From the NCBI GenBank assembly GCA_051599415.1, contig AP039697.1, positions 248,001-312,000 on the forward strand: DNA of 64,000 nt, in the 5' to 3' direction. Shown here one piece after another: positions 32,248 through 45,932 of this stretch. Every line of letters begins with the position of its first letter. Position 1 is the stretch's first letter. The DNA comes from Savitreella phatthalungensis (lineage: Eukaryota). A program made the translations under genes and the position numbers. The notes below the pieces were generated by a model. That model saw only the letters and a program-made list of their open reading frames with translations. It did not search any database and was not told where the DNA came from.

Positions 32248-33398
32248 CATTTCGCAACAGAGTCGCCGAATGACATGATGATGGCATCGTACCCACGTCT
32301 CGATAGCAGTGGCACTATGCATGTCTGAACGTTGCTAGTTTGTACTTCGACAGCGCTCGAGGCCTCGTCGTGCGCGACACTCGACTGACTGAACCTCAAC
32401 CTGCCGTGTAGACCACTGAGTGCAGGAAAGTCTATCAGTCACGTGTCATACGGAACATCTCCTCCATATGCACCTGATATTGATATCAATTACTCGAGAT
32501 CTTGACTGCCACCAGCTCCACGGGAGCTCAGTACTGAATCAGAAAGATAATACGGGTGGGATATAAGTGTGAGTTCGTTGTTATATTTTCCGGTCTCAGG
32601 TAAGCGTCCCAGGCGTCTGCAGACGTACGGTGTGGGAGAATAAGCCATGGATGAATCTTAACGGATCATTCGGAACAACTGATTGTATGTGTGTCATGAT
32701 TTCTTCAACTCGTTTGACCCAATGGAAGTTGTGATCACCGAGTTGAAAATTTCCCTGCAGTATTGGCCAGCAGTGCGCGGTCAGCCCCTCAAATTCTCAC
32801 CTGGCAGCTTCCCCATAAGCAGTGTGAAGCTATAGCCGGTGTGGGATTGCCGCAGCTCGACAACTCGGCTAAGCAGAACAACTATGACGGTAATCCGAAT
32901 TTCACAGGGTGAGGAAGAAGTGGGCATTAAGCATGATGTGAGCAGGGAGGCATTAAAAGCTAGCTCAATCAGGTTACATGGTAAGAAGGAAAATCCGGTC
33001 CGTAATCCCCAGGAGTGAGCAGCTGAAAAGTCTCTTAGGACGATGACCGCCTCTCTAAGGGCTCAGTGGGCTGTCCATACGTATACTGTGCTGCTCGCAT
33101 TAGAGCTAAAACTCTCGGATTTCTCCCTCTTACTACTAGATTCTCCCGCTCTTCTTCTGTTGTCTTTCTTCCCCGTTCAGCTTTTGGTATAATCGCAATT
33201 CCACAGCCATCGTTACTCATCTTGTGACAGACTAAGCTTTTCTCGACATCTCTTCATCTTACGCAGACACACATTTGTGAGGCCGAAGCTCCTACCTATT
33301 CGGAGACATCGCCATAAGAGTCGCACGAACGGACGGAACGAACGGACAAGGATTTCGCCAAAGTAGAACATCGAAGACTCCGCAGAGTATCGCCCACG

Positions 33399-35342
33399 AT
33401 GTTCTCTCGAGTGAGCGCCCGCAAGCTCGGCGCGTCGTCGGCTGCAGTCCTTGCAGTTGGTGCAGGCATTATTACAGCGCTTCAACTGCGCGAGCCTCTC
33501 CATGCTGAGGTTCCCAAAATTCCAGACATCTCGCAGTTCAAACGTCTGCCTGGCCGCTCAGAGATCATCACCAAGCTCAAGGCCGGCGAGACATACGACA
33601 TGATCATCGTCGGCGGTGGCGCGACTGGTGTCGGTACAGCTGTTGATGCTGCATCTCGAGGACTGAAAGTCGCACTTGTCGAGCGCGACGATTTCGCCTC
33701 CGGCACATCATCTCGCAGCACTAAGCTAGTGCACGGTGGAGTGCGCTACCTCGAGAAAGCTTTCAAAGAGCTTGATTACGACCAATACAAGCTCGTCAAG
33801 GAAGCGCTGCACGAGCGCAAGGCATTCCTCCACATTGCGCCGCATTTGTCATACGAGCTGCCCATCATGATTCCGTTGTATAAGTGGTGGCAAGCTCCCT
33901 ATTTCTGGGCTGGCACGAAGGCTTACGACTTCCTCGCCGGAGGCGAGAACATGAGCTCATCATATTTCATGACAAAGAGTCGGGCGGAAACGGCCTTTCC
34001 AATGCTGAAGACAGATGGCCTTGTCGGAGCCCTTGTCTATTATGATGGTCAGCACAACGATTCTCGCATGAATGTCGGACTCGCAATGACGGCTGTGGAG
34101 CAAGGCGCTGATGTTGCCAACCATGTTGAGGTCACAAACCTGCATAAGGGTGCTGATGGCAAGATCAACGGTGTTAGTGTTAAAGACCTCCTGACCGGAG
34201 AGTCATGGCAGATCGCAGCTCGTGGCGTGGTCAACGCTACAGGCCCCTTCACTGACGCCTTACGTAAGATGGATGACCAGAAGTGCGATGAGATAGTTGC
34301 TCCGTCTTCTGGAACGCACATCATCCTCCCCGGTTACTACGCACCCGCAAAAATGGGTCTCATCGACCCTAATACGAGCGACGGCAGAGTCATTTTCTTC
34401 TTACCTTGGCAAGGGAACACGATTGCAGGTACCACCGATGCCCCCACCACAGTCATGGCCAATCCACTACCTAAGGAAGAAGAAATCGACTGGATTCTCA
34501 GCGAATGCCGCAACTACCTCTCCCCGGAAATTGAGATCCGCCGCGGCGACGTACTAGCCGCTTGGTCCGGCATTCGTCCTCTTGTGCGCGATCCAGCCGC
34601 CAAGAATACCGAGTCGCTCGTTCGCAATCACATGATCAACGTCTCTCCATCAGGTCTGCTCACTATTGCCGGAGGCAAGTGGACGACGTACCGCCAAATG
34701 GCCGAAGAGACCGTTGACACCGCCATCGCGTCGTTCAATCTTCAACCAAAGATCAACAAGTGTGTTACTGAGGGCATCAAACTCATTGGAGCAGAGTACT
34801 GGCATCCTCTACTATACATTAGCGTCGTTCAGCGTTTCGGCATGGAAACGGATGTGGCAAAGCACCTGTGCGAGAACTATGGCGACCGTGCTTTCGTCGT
34901 AGCCTCGCTAGCAGAGGAAACTGGGGCACGCTGGCCTGTTCGCGGCAAGCGTCTCTCCCAGTCGTATCCTTTCGATGAAGCAGAGGTCCGATACGCCGTG
35001 CGCCACGAGTATGCTCAGAGCGCAACTGATGTTCTCGCTCGCCGTACACGACTGGCGTTCCTCAACGCCCAGGCTGCCCTGGATGTGCTCCCACGTGTTG
35101 TGGACATCATGACGGAAGAGCTCGGCTGGTCAAGGCAGAAGCAGCAGCAAGAATGGAACGATACGGTCCAGTTCCTATTGACCATGGGCCTCCCTGCGCT
35201 CCGCGAGGGCATCACACGCAAACAAGTTGAGGCCGGTGAGTCTGCTCGTCTGAACTCCGCCAACGACTACAAGCTCTACTCACGAGCAGATGCCTCTGCA
35301 GCCGGCATCGATGAGGAGCGAGGCCTCGTCACTGCCAACTGA
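33399..35342 (+). CDS. GUT2: Mitochondrial FAD-dependent glycerol-3-phosphate dehydrogenase
   Basis: GGGATG, GTSSRSTKLVHGGVRYL, WSGIRPL and GGKWTTYR motifs. Confidence 0.97.
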   Translation: MFSRVSARKLGASSAAVLAVGAGIITALQLREPLHAEVPKIPDISQFKRLPGRSEIITKLKAGETYDMIIVGGGATGVGTAVDAASRGLKVALVERDDFASGTSSRSTKLVHGGVRYLEKAFKELDYDQYKLVKEALHERKAFLHIAPHLSYELPIMIPLYKWWQAPYFWAGTKAYDFLAGGENMSSSYFMTKSRAETAFPMLKTDGLVGALVYYDGQHNDSRMNVGLAMTAVEQGADVANHVEVTNLHKGADGKINGVSVKDLLTGESWQIAARGVVNATGPFTDALRKMDDQKCDEIVAPSSGTHIILPGYYAPAKMGLIDPNTSDGRVIFFLPWQGNTIAGTTDAPTTVMANPLPKEEEIDWILSECRNYLSPEIEIRRGDVLAAWSGIRPLVRDPAAKNTESLVRNHMINVSPSGLLTIAGGKWTTYRQMAEETVDTAIASFNLQPKINKCVTEGIKLIGAEYWHPLLYISVVQRFGMETDVAKHLCENYGDRAFVVASLAEETGARWPVRGKRLSQSYPFDEAEVRYAVRHEYAQSATDVLARRTRLAFLNAQAALDVLPRVVDIMTEELGWSRQKQQQEWNDTVQFLLTMGLPALREGITRKQVEAGESARLNSANDYKLYSRADASAAGIDEERGLVTAN

Positions 35343-36883
35343 GCGCATATGGACATCAAGAATGGAGACATCTCCTATCGCGCTGACAAGCTCGTTTGCA
35401 CGTCTTATAGCCAGTAAAATACCATTGTGTACTGTCACCACTCGCAAGAGCCTATATCACACCGCAAAATGTGATTCGTCTTTTTGGCTTGTTTCTCAAA
35501 ACAGGTCCGGACTGTGCAACAAGGGCCTGGGCTTCAGCGAAGAATCGGTTTTGTAGCACAGCATAAAACGACCAGGACCCTGTTCCTGTAGAGAATCGCC
35601 GGTCGTGTAGATAGGCGGTCATGTCATTCGGCACGTCCCTCAGCACACGTGCTATTGCCTCGCCAAATATACCACTCGATCGATCGATTTCGAGAGTCAT
35701 CTGGCGATTATCGTGACCAAGAAAGGCGTGTTTTTCGATATTTACAGCTCCTCGATTAGAATGTCGCCAACGACATTGCCATATCAAAACTTTGTAAGCC
35801 CAAAAACTTTTCTATCAGCAAATCTGGCCAGATTTTGGACTCTTTCCTGACGTCACCACAATATCTGCTAGAGGTCACTCAGCCCTTTTCAGTCCTCATG
35901 TAAGTTTCATCCATTATTGAGGGGGACCAAATTCGGGAAGCTCCCGGCCTCTTGAAATAGATTTGGCCTATTGCGACGCTCATTTCAAAGTTCAGCTTCT
36001 TAGGAAAATCAGAAGAGCGAGAGAATGCCACTTATCAAATTACGGGCGAATCAAGAATTTGAATAATTTGAGATGGGCCAAAATCATCTCCGAATTTCTA
36101 GCTAGGCTAGCACCACGCCTGCATTCACCATTAGCTCGAACTCATCTGTTCAGACGTGATCAGGACGTTCGACAGAGCAATCAGAAATAGGTGTATGAGC
36201 TGAAAAACCATATATATGTGACATCGGCCACGCGAAGTGGTCCCGCAACGGTATTCTTTCGAGCCAATCACCAATGTCAAACCCCTCAGACAGACTTGTC
36301 TTGCTGGCTGGTGCCAGACACGCCTAGATGAGATTGATGTCATCTTCCAGTTTCCTTCGCCTGTCAATGGAATCAGCTACCGCAGGTGCCGGCACGGCCC
36401 ACATCGAAGAAATCGCTCAGGCCTGTGCTATTATCTTTTGTTCTCCCGATGTTGTCTCTCAGCGAATTAGTGAAAGCGATTTCGCAGCTAGATTCAGCTG
36501 GCTGACATTCCATCTTGCATGCTTGTACTGACGGTCATATTCATCCTTCGATTACGCACGAATTCCGCCGCTTGACCGACAAGCGAGCGAACGCGAAGCA
36601 ATCACTTGCAAGGCGACTCAACCGTGTGTTCGAGGCCGAACAACATAACGTAGCTTGATATCTTCTCGCGAGACTGGAAGCAGACGTGCGCACGACATCC
36701 GAACTCAAGAATTAGACGTGGCGAGAGCTTTCAGGCTCCGCTTGTTCGGAAGACACGCCGAGCCGGACGAAGTTGACCTCGGACGCTTGCATCCTCAACC
36801 AGGGCGCAGGCGCGCTCATACGAAAGCTGTGCTCTCACGACTGCTGACAGGACTCGATCGGAACATTGGGTCCGGCCGGGACG

Positions 36884-39505
36884 ATGGCTAGGTCCGACAA
36901 TGTTCCAGTCGAATTGTTCAGATTCTGCTTGGGAAAGGTGAAAGCACCCTTGATAGTACTCGATGAATCATTAGAGATCGTGTACAGAAATCAATCCGCC
37001 GCACAGCGATTCTCTGCCAGTGCACGACACATCTCGGAAACTGGAATTGCTTTGCAGAGCGAGGAATTAGCAGAAGCACGACGCCGGCGAACGTTGGTAG
37101 GACCGGCAGATCAGGAGCTCGCCGTTGGTGGACCTCTCTATCTAAATAGCGATCACCACGGTCTCACGCTCGAAGCTTTGACAGCAGCTGATCGCGATTT
37201 TTATGTGCTGTCCGTTGAGAATACAGACCTTGTATCGGAGTACAAGAGTCTGTTTGACAACTTGCCCGTCATGGTGATGCAAGAGAATGGAGCAGACAAA
37301 TATACGAATGAAGAATTTAGACGTTTCACCGGACTCAAGGCCACGGACGTCCGATTCATGGATGCTGTCCATCCAGAAGACCGCGACATCGTTTTGCGTC
37401 ATTTGATGGAGGAAGCGAGGCCGCTTGCCTCCACACATTCGTCCCGTGTGTTAGCCGGCGCGCGATCAGCTGATTGCGCACACCGCATGCAAGACCACAC
37501 CGGCAAATATCGGTGGGTGAAAACAAATGCTATTGTGCAGGAGGACTGTCGGACCTATCTGACTTTCGACACTCACGGCCTTGTAATGCAGGCCAGTGAT
37601 TTGCGCAAAAAGGAGACGGCTCTCCAAGAAGAAAACAAACAGCTACGTGATCTCGAAACGGAAGTGACTGAGCGCAGTCGTCTGAAGGGCGAATTTCTCG
37701 CAAACACGAGCCACGAGATTCGCACGCCGATTGCAGGCGTCATTGGCATGGTTGACTTGCTTCTCGACACAGAGCTTACTTCAGAACAGCGAGAATTCGC
37801 CCAGAGTATTCGCAGCAGTGCCGATGCCCTCCTGACGGTGATCAACGACGTTCTCGACTTCAGCAAAATCGAGGCCGGCAAAATGCAGATTGACCTTCGG
37901 CCCTTCGATCTTCTGCGCATGGTCAAGGACATTGAAACCATGCTATCGTTCATGACCTCATCAAAGGGACTTGGTCTGAAGGTTGATGTGCAGGAGGGGT
38001 CTTACAATATTCGAGCTGACAGCGGCCGGATACGTCAAATCATCACCAACCTTCTGAGCAACGCCATCAAATTCACACAGAAGGGCCACGTACAGCTAAT
38101 TGTTCGTCGGCAAGAGACTAAGGGAGACAGACTAAAGTTGTACTTCGCTGTTACAGACACAGGTTCGGGAATGTCCCAAGAGACCGTTGCCAATCTCTTC
38201 AGACCATTTGCGCAAGGCGATGCTGGTCGCAAATTTGGTGGCACAGGTCTTGGACTATCTATTTGCCGAAAGCTTATCGATCTGATGCATGGTGATATCG
38301 GCGTCGAGACACAGGCCGGGAAAGGCACCACTTTTTGGTTCTGGCTGTGGGTCGATGTAGTCTCAGCAGCACAGGCAGCGAAGGGCGAACGTAACAATTC
38401 AGGTGACTCTGGTAGGACCAGCGGAACGGGCTTGAGTGCCCAGATGTCATCTACCTCCAGAATTGTGACTGGCCCACCACAGACTGCCAATGGCAATTGT
38501 TTGAGCCCACTGAGCAAGGAAGCCAACGTTTCGCTACCAGATGGCTTGGAAAAGAATAATGTAAAATCTGTCGCTGATCAGCTGCGCTCGTCGGTCAGTT
38601 TCACGAGGAGGGGCAACAAACCCCCCGAAGAACTTGAGTCCAGCGTGCAAAGCGAAGAAACTGACGCTACCATATCAAGGAATACAGAGTCATCAGGACA
38701 TGATGTTTCGCAAATGGAGGATGAGTACCCACCACGTATTCAGCACAACAAGTCCTTCCACAATCCACCGCGCCCGCCTTTAGAGGGCCGACAAGAGTCG
38801 AATGACTCGATCGCGACGATTCGACCGCACTTCCGTCAGCTAAGCGTTGAATCTTCTCTGGGCCGCGTGCCAGAGCATGGGCAAGCGAGCAGCGGCGATG
38901 GTTCTGAGGGACGTGGCTCGTTCGAGGATGACGTATCGCCACGCACAAGTGTTTCTGTCGCTTCGCGACCTCGAGATGCTCCACGAAAAGAGTCCAACGA
39001 GTCTCTGCGCCGTCGCGTTTCGCCTCCAAATCCCGAGAGTCATGAGTATTCATCATCATCGGAAGCTGGGTTTGTTCAAACAATGCGACATGGCTCCGTG
39101 GCGTCGTCTACCACAACGGCTGAATCAAAGGACAAAAGGATCTTGCTCGTTGAGGACAACTTGATTAATTGCAAGATTGCAACAAACATGTTACGCAAAC
39201 TCGGCTACGCTTGTACCACGGTTAACGATGGGCAGAAGGCCGTCGACGTGGTCAATGAGCAGGCGATCTTTGACCTCGTGCTTATGGACGTTCAGATGCC
39301 GGTCATGAATGGGTATGACGCCACACGACTCATTCGCCAATCGCCAAATGAGGCAATGCGCAACGTGCCCGTTATTGCCTTGACCGCGAGCGCGATGACT
39401 GGCGAGCGAGAAAAGTGCATCGCAGCGTCAATGGACGATTTTCTGACGAAGCCTGTTAACAAAAAGAACCTGGAGAAGAAACTTCACAAATGGCTGAATG
39501 GATGA
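36884..39505 (+). CDS. Hybrid sensor histidine kinase (PAS-HisKA-HATPase-REC)
   Basis: PAS motif VHPEDR; H-box SHEIRTP; N box NAIKFT; G1 DTGSG; G2 GGTGLGL; receiver domain LLVEDN..LMDVQMP..KP. First ATG at 36884. Confidence 0.95.
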   Translation: MARSDNVPVELFRFCLGKVKAPLIVLDESLEIVYRNQSAAQRFSASARHISETGIALQSEELAEARRRRTLVGPADQELAVGGPLYLNSDHHGLTLEALTAADRDFYVLSVENTDLVSEYKSLFDNLPVMVMQENGADKYTNEEFRRFTGLKATDVRFMDAVHPEDRDIVLRHLMEEARPLASTHSSRVLAGARSADCAHRMQDHTGKYRWVKTNAIVQEDCRTYLTFDTHGLVMQASDLRKKETALQEENKQLRDLETEVTERSRLKGEFLANTSHEIRTPIAGVIGMVDLLLDTELTSEQREFAQSIRSSADALLTVINDVLDFSKIEAGKMQIDLRPFDLLRMVKDIETMLSFMTSSKGLGLKVDVQEGSYNIRADSGRIRQIITNLLSNAIKFTQKGHVQLIVRRQETKGDRLKLYFAVTDTGSGMSQETVANLFRPFAQGDAGRKFGGTGLGLSICRKLIDLMHGDIGVETQAGKGTTFWFWLWVDVVSAAQAAKGERNNSGDSGRTSGTGLSAQMSSTSRIVTGPPQTANGNCLSPLSKEANVSLPDGLEKNNVKSVADQLRSSVSFTRRGNKPPEELESSVQSEETDATISRNTESSGHDVSQMEDEYPPRIQHNKSFHNPPRPPLEGRQESNDSIATIRPHFRQLSVESSLGRVPEHGQASSGDGSEGRGSFEDDVSPRTSVSVASRPRDAPRKESNESLRRRVSPPNPESHEYSSSSEAGFVQTMRHGSVASSTTTAESKDKRILLVEDNLINCKIATNMLRKLGYACTTVNDGQKAVDVVNEQAIFDLVLMDVQMPVMNGYDATRLIRQSPNEAMRNVPVIALTASAMTGEREKCIAASMDDFLTKPVNKKNLEKKLHKWLNG

Positions 39506-41606
39506 TCCGTTTGTAAGCCACTTGAGCGCCGGCAGTTCAGCACTTCTATGCTTTCTGAGCCTTGGAGAGACACACGCATACACGCATTTGCATCAACCCG
39601 TACTTACTCACACAAGACGCCCTTTAATGACTTACGAACCGGGGGGAATTCATGACAGAGGCGATCGACGTCTGCTGGATATTCGAGCTCCGCACGATTG
39701 GCTGCAAGTCGCACAGCGAAGCGCGCTCGATACGACATCTTGCGCCAAGTGCGAAGAAATAGAGAATCGGAGCACTACTTCACAAGCCTTTCGCGGACCC
39801 CGTGCCTCAGAGCAATCGCCACCGCCGGAACGAGTGCAAGTTCAAGGCAAGAGCACACATGTCGACCAGAATGCAGATACGAGAAAATAAGGATTCGCGC
39901 GAGTGCAAATGCGATCAGAGTCGCTGTTTCTCGCTTGCACGACATGCATGCTTGACCACACAGCGGAAGGATATTTTATAACTGCAGAATGAGTTCACGC
40001 ATGTCTTTGGCAGGCCTCTTGAAGCATATTTTGCCTATGGTTTCCTACTCGTGTAGACATGCCGAATGCCCGTTGCGATTGCTAAAGGTTGTCCAATGTA
40101 CACATGACGTCTTGACAGCTGCGTCAAATCTAATCTGTGTCGGTGAAGTCTACCAAGACTTTGAGGCTTAGCCTGTCGTCGTGGACCAGCAGCCCTGGAT
40201 GGCCGTTTATAGACTTGTGTGAGCCTACTCCAGGGCAGTTGTTTCCACCCTCTTTAAAGCGAATCTGACAACAGTAGGAGCCGTTGATTTCCCTAGTCGA
40301 GGCTGGTCTGAGTGATCGACAACTAGCACATGACGGAATGAATTGACGGAGCTTATTCTCTCCGGCACAAGTTCAGCGAATTAGATTAATAAACAGGGAG
40401 CTTTGGCTTTCCACGCATATCCACCGGCCATGAGTGTTCCAGCTTTACCTAATACAGCAATGCATACCGTGTCATAACACCGGTACATTTGCCAATCGAA
40501 TGGTTCATGTTCCTGCAATGCGTCTGTTGAGCATGCCTTCCCATTCGACAAGTTACTCGGCGAAGCGTGACTTGGAGCAGACCACAGTTCATGAAGGTGT
40601 GGTCATCGATTCGATTGATGCCTCTCTTAATGCTCCTCTTGATGAAATGCAGCCTGTTGCTAATATGCGCTAGATTTAAATTGATAATCTATCCTGGATT
40701 GTTCTAGTGCTTGAGCGAGTTGATCCCATTCCAGATTTCAATGTACTCTTCTCGAGCACATGAGCAAAGCACTAAAATATTGAACCTCATCTGCTCCGGA
40801 GCCACATTTGGAAATATGCTATGCACAGCCTCCACCGGTTTGATGTCGGGCTCTTCGAAGGCTAGGGACGCACTCGCATCAATGCAGCATGCTCAATGCA
40901 AGACACCCACAGGTTCTGGACGACATGATGCTAGACTGCGAGATTTGAACAGGCGCTTCGTCTTGTCGCGTGTGGAAGTCGATTATATGTGCGTCTGCGC
41001 GTCGGCATGCTGTGGCATCCGAGTTGTGCATAAAAGCGTTTCGAATGTAGAGAGCCAGATGCGAAAGTGTTGTAAAATAGTTTGATCCTGAAGACACTAA
41101 AAAGCCACGAGCACTGACAGAGCTCGTCTGATTGCCCTCTCCAGGAGGCCCGCGCGACCCTTTACCGCCTTCTTCATAACCAAAGCGCTGGTGCGCACGC
41201 CTGCGCCTTGAATCACGGACTCTAAGCAAGCCTGGTAGTCAAACAGACCAAAGATCCGAGTGGGCTCGAAGGTGACAGCAGGTCCTTACACATCTTCCGC
41301 TTCTGTTTGCGCTTTGCGCGAGTCTCAACTGCCACGCGTGTTTCGTCAACTCAAGTATCTCTCATATCGAACTACCCTAATCACAAGTCTAAAGGAGGCT
41401 GACTTCTAAACTGAATCAAGTCCTTCACCCGCAGCACTTACACCTGAACTTGAGCCTGCTTAATCACGCGGATACACAGAACAGTAGGTGAGCAAGGCTG
41501 GAACAGTCGCGCTACCTTGATCTGGCAGGCGCGGAAGCAAACAGCAATCCTGTCCTTGCCTACTGCGAACTCTAGGACCGGTTCTTGCTAGGTCTCTCAC
41601 TGTGAC

Positions 41607-42437
41607 ATGGCAAACGAACCGGTCGACGGGCCATTCGGAGCTGTACCAGCAGCTTCAGCCTCTCGGCGCACGCACTCGGGACGTGGCAACGGCGATTCTC
41701 TCGCTGACTCCCTGCTGAATAGCGATGCGACAGACGTGAACCGGTACGCCGACAGCATCTTGACACCGACGCGGACCAACGCGAGCCACACAACGCCACT
41801 CGCGAGCGCATCACTGATCGACGGCGAAGGTTTGCACGATCCTGAGCGACAGGCGGAGGATTATATTAGCAGCGATTCCTCGGAACTGTGGCATCTCCAT
41901 ACAAGAGTCGCTTCTACAGATTCTTGCCCGCCCACGACGTTCTTCACCTCGCCTACACATCCGCCATTGGACGTCGCCGGCGCCAACGGCGGCGGTGCCC
42001 TGTTGTTCGACCGCGGACTTCTCGAATCAGACCTCGAAGATCGCCCGGCTGCAGACAAAAGAGCATCTTCGTCGACCGATCAGCCAGGTCTATATGATCC
42101 GACTTCGATTGCCGAAATTACACGACACCTGATGAATGATATGAGCTTCAATGGCCATCAGCAGCAACAAGGGCCTTCTGCGGCTGCGGGCGCGCCAAAT
42201 CTAGGACATGCTCAATCGAGCAGTACAGCGGCTACGGCGACAGCTGACCAGCTTCGGCGAGCTTCTTTGCAAAATCAGTATTTAGCTGCTGCTCATGCAG
42301 CAGGAGCGACCCATGGTTATCCCGTCGTTGGAGCGCAGGCTGCAGCCGGCGGTTTGTCGCCTGTACAACTGGCATACTTACAGCAACAAGCCGTCCAGCG
42401 TAGCCAGCAACATCACCTTCACCACCACCAACAACAA

Positions 42438-42489
<52 letters not shown>

Positions 42490-43940
42490 TACAGCAGCGT
42501 CCTTACACAAATGCCTACGGTGTTCCTGAGGCTATCTCTCAGCCCTTCAGCTCTGAACAAAGCGCGATCCTAGGACAGCCGACAGACTTGCTCGCCGCAA
42601 CAGTCGCTCCAACGTCGGACCCGTACGGTGTCACTAATATGCTCAGCGCGTACGCTGGCTCGCCTCTCGGTCAGCTGAACAACGACTCGACGCATTCCTT
42701 GGACGTGCCATCTCCTTTTTCAGATCATGCATCATTCGATGGAAGCGCTTATGACGAGGCACCTTCGCCCTTGGCGCATCCACAACAGCTTTCACGGTCG
42801 AACTCCTTTACCAGTAGTCTGTCAGTGCCAAATTCGCCTTTTCAACGGCCAGTCCTCGATGCAAGTAAGCCAGGCTCAAGCAGCAGTCAATATCTTCAGC
42901 CTGGTGGACATGTCAGTCACGGGCTCAATGGCGCAGGCAGCAGGCGGTCCCCGCATCCCGAGCCGCAGATGCAGCCCTTCGGAGCAGCTCCACAAATCTC
43001 GATCAATCCACCGACTCCGAGTTTTCCCACGGATCTCGCAATGGGACCTCAGGAATTCCCTTTCGGTCAGGTGCCACTAATCACCACGACTCCGCCAACA
43101 GGTTTACATCAGCATAGTCCTGCAGCTCTGCCCGCTCCCAATATTGGAGACTATCTCGATATTGGAAGCGATGGAGCCCGAGGTAGGAGCAACTCTGATT
43201 CGAGATTGATGGTTTCGGGATACAGTCGTGCTCGGAGCTCTTCTTCCGGAAGAGGTCGATCACCTGGAGTAACAGCCGGCACGAACAGTGGCTATAGCTC
43301 GCGATCTGGTTCAGCTCATCCATACGAATCGAGTCTTCTCAGCGTCCGATCGCGCGACAGCTCTCCTGCCGGAGTCGGAAAGTCCCGACGTAAATCATGG
43401 TCTTGCGGTAGCAGAGATTTCGACGAGGGCGCTTCACCAAGTGGCAGCACGAACTCGACGCGAAAGACAAAGACACATACAGTCTTCACTTGTACGATCG
43501 ATGGCTGCAATAAGTCTTTCACACGAGCGTACAATCTCCGCTCACATCAGCGGACACACACTAATGAGCGACCTTTCATGTGCGAGGTATGCGGAAAGGC
43601 CTTCGCACGCCAGCATGATAGAAAGCGACACGAAGCTCTGCACTCTGGAGTGAAGTCTCATACATGTCCTGGCTGTCACAAGCGCTTTGCGCGCATGGAT
43701 GCCTTGAGCCGGCATTTTAAATCTGAAACCGGCAAGGACTGCTTACAGGGTGTGGAGCACGAATATGCAGAGTATATGACTCTTCAGCTCTCTCCACAAC
43801 ACACAGGCGAAGCCTATGGTGAAGAGGACGAGGACGATGTCAGTGCTGACCCAGCCAACCGCGACTTCAATCATCATATATCTCTGAACTCGGCAGACTC
43901 TTTGCAGGCCTATCATGCAACGGGGCAACCTTTCTTGTAG
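41607..43940 (+). CDS. CRZ1: Calcineurin-responsive C2H2 zinc-finger transcription factor (Crz1/Prz1-like)
   Basis: [40 protein letters not shown] zinc fingers; PxIxIT-like PQISIN; Ser-rich region; polyQ tract. Confidence 0.85.
42429..42488 (+). repeat. (CAA)4(CAG)16 coding microsatellite encoding Q20
   Basis: Counted directly inside the Crz1-like CDS. Confidence 0.95.
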
Positions 43941-44437
43941 CAAGTATATGGACCCTTCTCGACGACGACAGTCGTCTTATAGTCATGTAATATCACCTTC
44001 ATCGGACTTGACATCAATCGCTTTACATCACCTCCCAAGACCAACCCTACTTCACTCGATGCAGCTAAGCTCAGGGCGGTGGCGATCTTGTTGCGTGTGT
44101 CGTGAAGCTCTCACGTGATTGGCCAGGAGAGAGTCAACAAATCCGAATCCAGATCAATGAGTCCGCCTCCGCAAAGCTTTAAGAGTACTGAGTAAAGTGT
44201 GATCATTGAGCGAGAGATTGGGACAACAGAGCTCAAGACATAGCCAGCATCTGCACACACAACCTCTGTCTCCTGGATTGCCCAGATCGCCCTTCCATAT
44301 CGACGTGCGTCCTGGCACGACGACCTTCTTCCAGGTACCTGTATCATAACATCAATACTGTATCTTTAACACAAGAGCCCATAGTCGCGCCAAAGGCATC
44401 TCGCTGGTGGTTTCCTGCACGGACGTATCTCTTAATC

Positions 44438-45637
44438 ATGGCACTGCTCGTCATTGCTCCTGTGGCCGTCATGCTCCTACTTGCCGATCCGGCAATCGCA
44501 CAAGGCACGCCTGCCGGGTCGGTTCTTAACAGCGCGAACCTCGTACGAGTGCCAGGATCAGACACCGCATATACAGGCACCTCTGATGTGTCTGGCGCGT
44601 CATACAACTACACGTCAGATCCCGTGGTCAGTGGCATTCTCACAAAGCTCAATCTTGGAGCATGGCCTCTTGAACAAAACAATGTCTCACAGGCTGGGCC
44701 AGGGCTTCTCCGCAATATCTTTCCATCGGCCTGCCACTCTCACAACGACGAGTGGCGGACATTTCCGCTGGTCGATGGTCTGCTTGCCGGTTGTGTGGCC
44801 ACAGAAGCCGATACCTGGTACGTTGGCGACAATGGAAGCTCGTTGGTGAAGCCGGATCTTTATTTGGGCCACGATGCCGCCGCCATCAGAACGGGCCGAA
44901 CACTTCGGCAGATGTATATAGAGCCTTTGCGTGCCATCCTGGATGCCAAGAATTTGCCAACCAAGCAGACGCAATACCTCGCATCCGTCGGCATGTCATC
45001 GCCAGCGCCGAATGCTGCAACAAATGTACAAGGCCTTCTGGGTGGCTACAACGGTGTCTTCGACACAGCTCCGCAGCAAACGCTTTATTTGCAAGTCGAC
45101 CTCAAGAACCGCGACCTCGAAGGCTGGCTTGCAGTTGTGGATGCATTGCAGCCCCTGCGAGAGAAGGGCTATTTGTCGTACGTTGAGACACAGGCTGACG
45201 GCTCGATGGGAGGTGTGCAGGTCCGTCCCATTACGGTTACAGCTGGCGGTGTTGCGCCACGCTCGTTCTTCCTAACCACTCCGAATGCCACATACACCCG
45301 ACGGGATACGTTCTACGATGCCCCGATCGCTTCGCTAAACACTACGAATGGTCTCACCAGCCCAGATCGCGGCTGGAACAGCTCTACTGGGATCACGAGC
45401 TCTGCATCATGGGCATCGCTGGTGTCTTGGGATGGAAAAACCAGCTCCCCTTCTGATGCCGATGCGGCAAAGCTAAGAAGTCTTATCAAAGCGGCAGCGG
45501 ATCGCGGCATTGTCTCGCGTTTTTGGGACACCCCTAACAGACCAAGGTGGGCTCGCAACAACATCTGGCAATGGCTACAAAAGGAGCATGTATCCCTGGT
45601 CAACACCGATGAACCAGGTGAATTTGTTCTCTTCTGA
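44438..45637 (+). CDS. Aim6-like PLC-type phosphodiesterase-fold protein with signal peptide
   Basis: CHSHND, GCVATEADTW, LYLGHD, LQVDLK and RFWDTP motifs; hydrophobic N-terminus. Confidence 0.85.
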   Translation: MALLVIAPVAVMLLLADPAIAQGTPAGSVLNSANLVRVPGSDTAYTGTSDVSGASYNYTSDPVVSGILTKLNLGAWPLEQNNVSQAGPGLLRNIFPSACHSHNDEWRTFPLVDGLLAGCVATEADTWYVGDNGSSLVKPDLYLGHDAAAIRTGRTLRQMYIEPLRAILDAKNLPTKQTQYLASVGMSSPAPNAATNVQGLLGGYNGVFDTAPQQTLYLQVDLKNRDLEGWLAVVDALQPLREKGYLSYVETQADGSMGGVQVRPITVTAGGVAPRSFFLTTPNATYTRRDTFYDAPIASLNTTNGLTSPDRGWNSSTGITSSASWASLVSWDGKTSSPSDADAAKLRSLIKAAADRGIVSRFWDTPNRPRWARNNIWQWLQKEHVSLVNTDEPGEFVLF

Positions 45638-45932
45638 ACCGTTTGCTCCAAAGCAGGCTAGATAATCCACATATGTGAATCGGAGTTGCGGAGTAATAGT
45701 GTACTCCAGCTGTACATCGTAACCATAAATAGTACCACAAATCGCGCGGGATCTAGACTCGATTGTACCTCTCCATGTCAATACAGCATGATGACTTCAG
45801 AGGAACGTGAATGACTTTGACAGGACGGCAGAAAGGCGCAGGCTGGCTCGCTCGGTGAATAGCACTTCTTGTCTGATCTGACAATTACAGAGAAATAAGG
45901 ACCCGCTACGAGCTCTGTGCACGGAAGCGGGC

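Noticed and set aside
35452..35787. 111-aa minus-strand ORF downstream of GUT2
   Set aside because: Non-ATG track start, no recognisable motif and no supporting splice structure.
39510..41600. Several 60-130 aa ORFs upstream of the Crz1-like gene
   Set aside because: No motifs or consistent exon chain; more likely a long promoter and leader.
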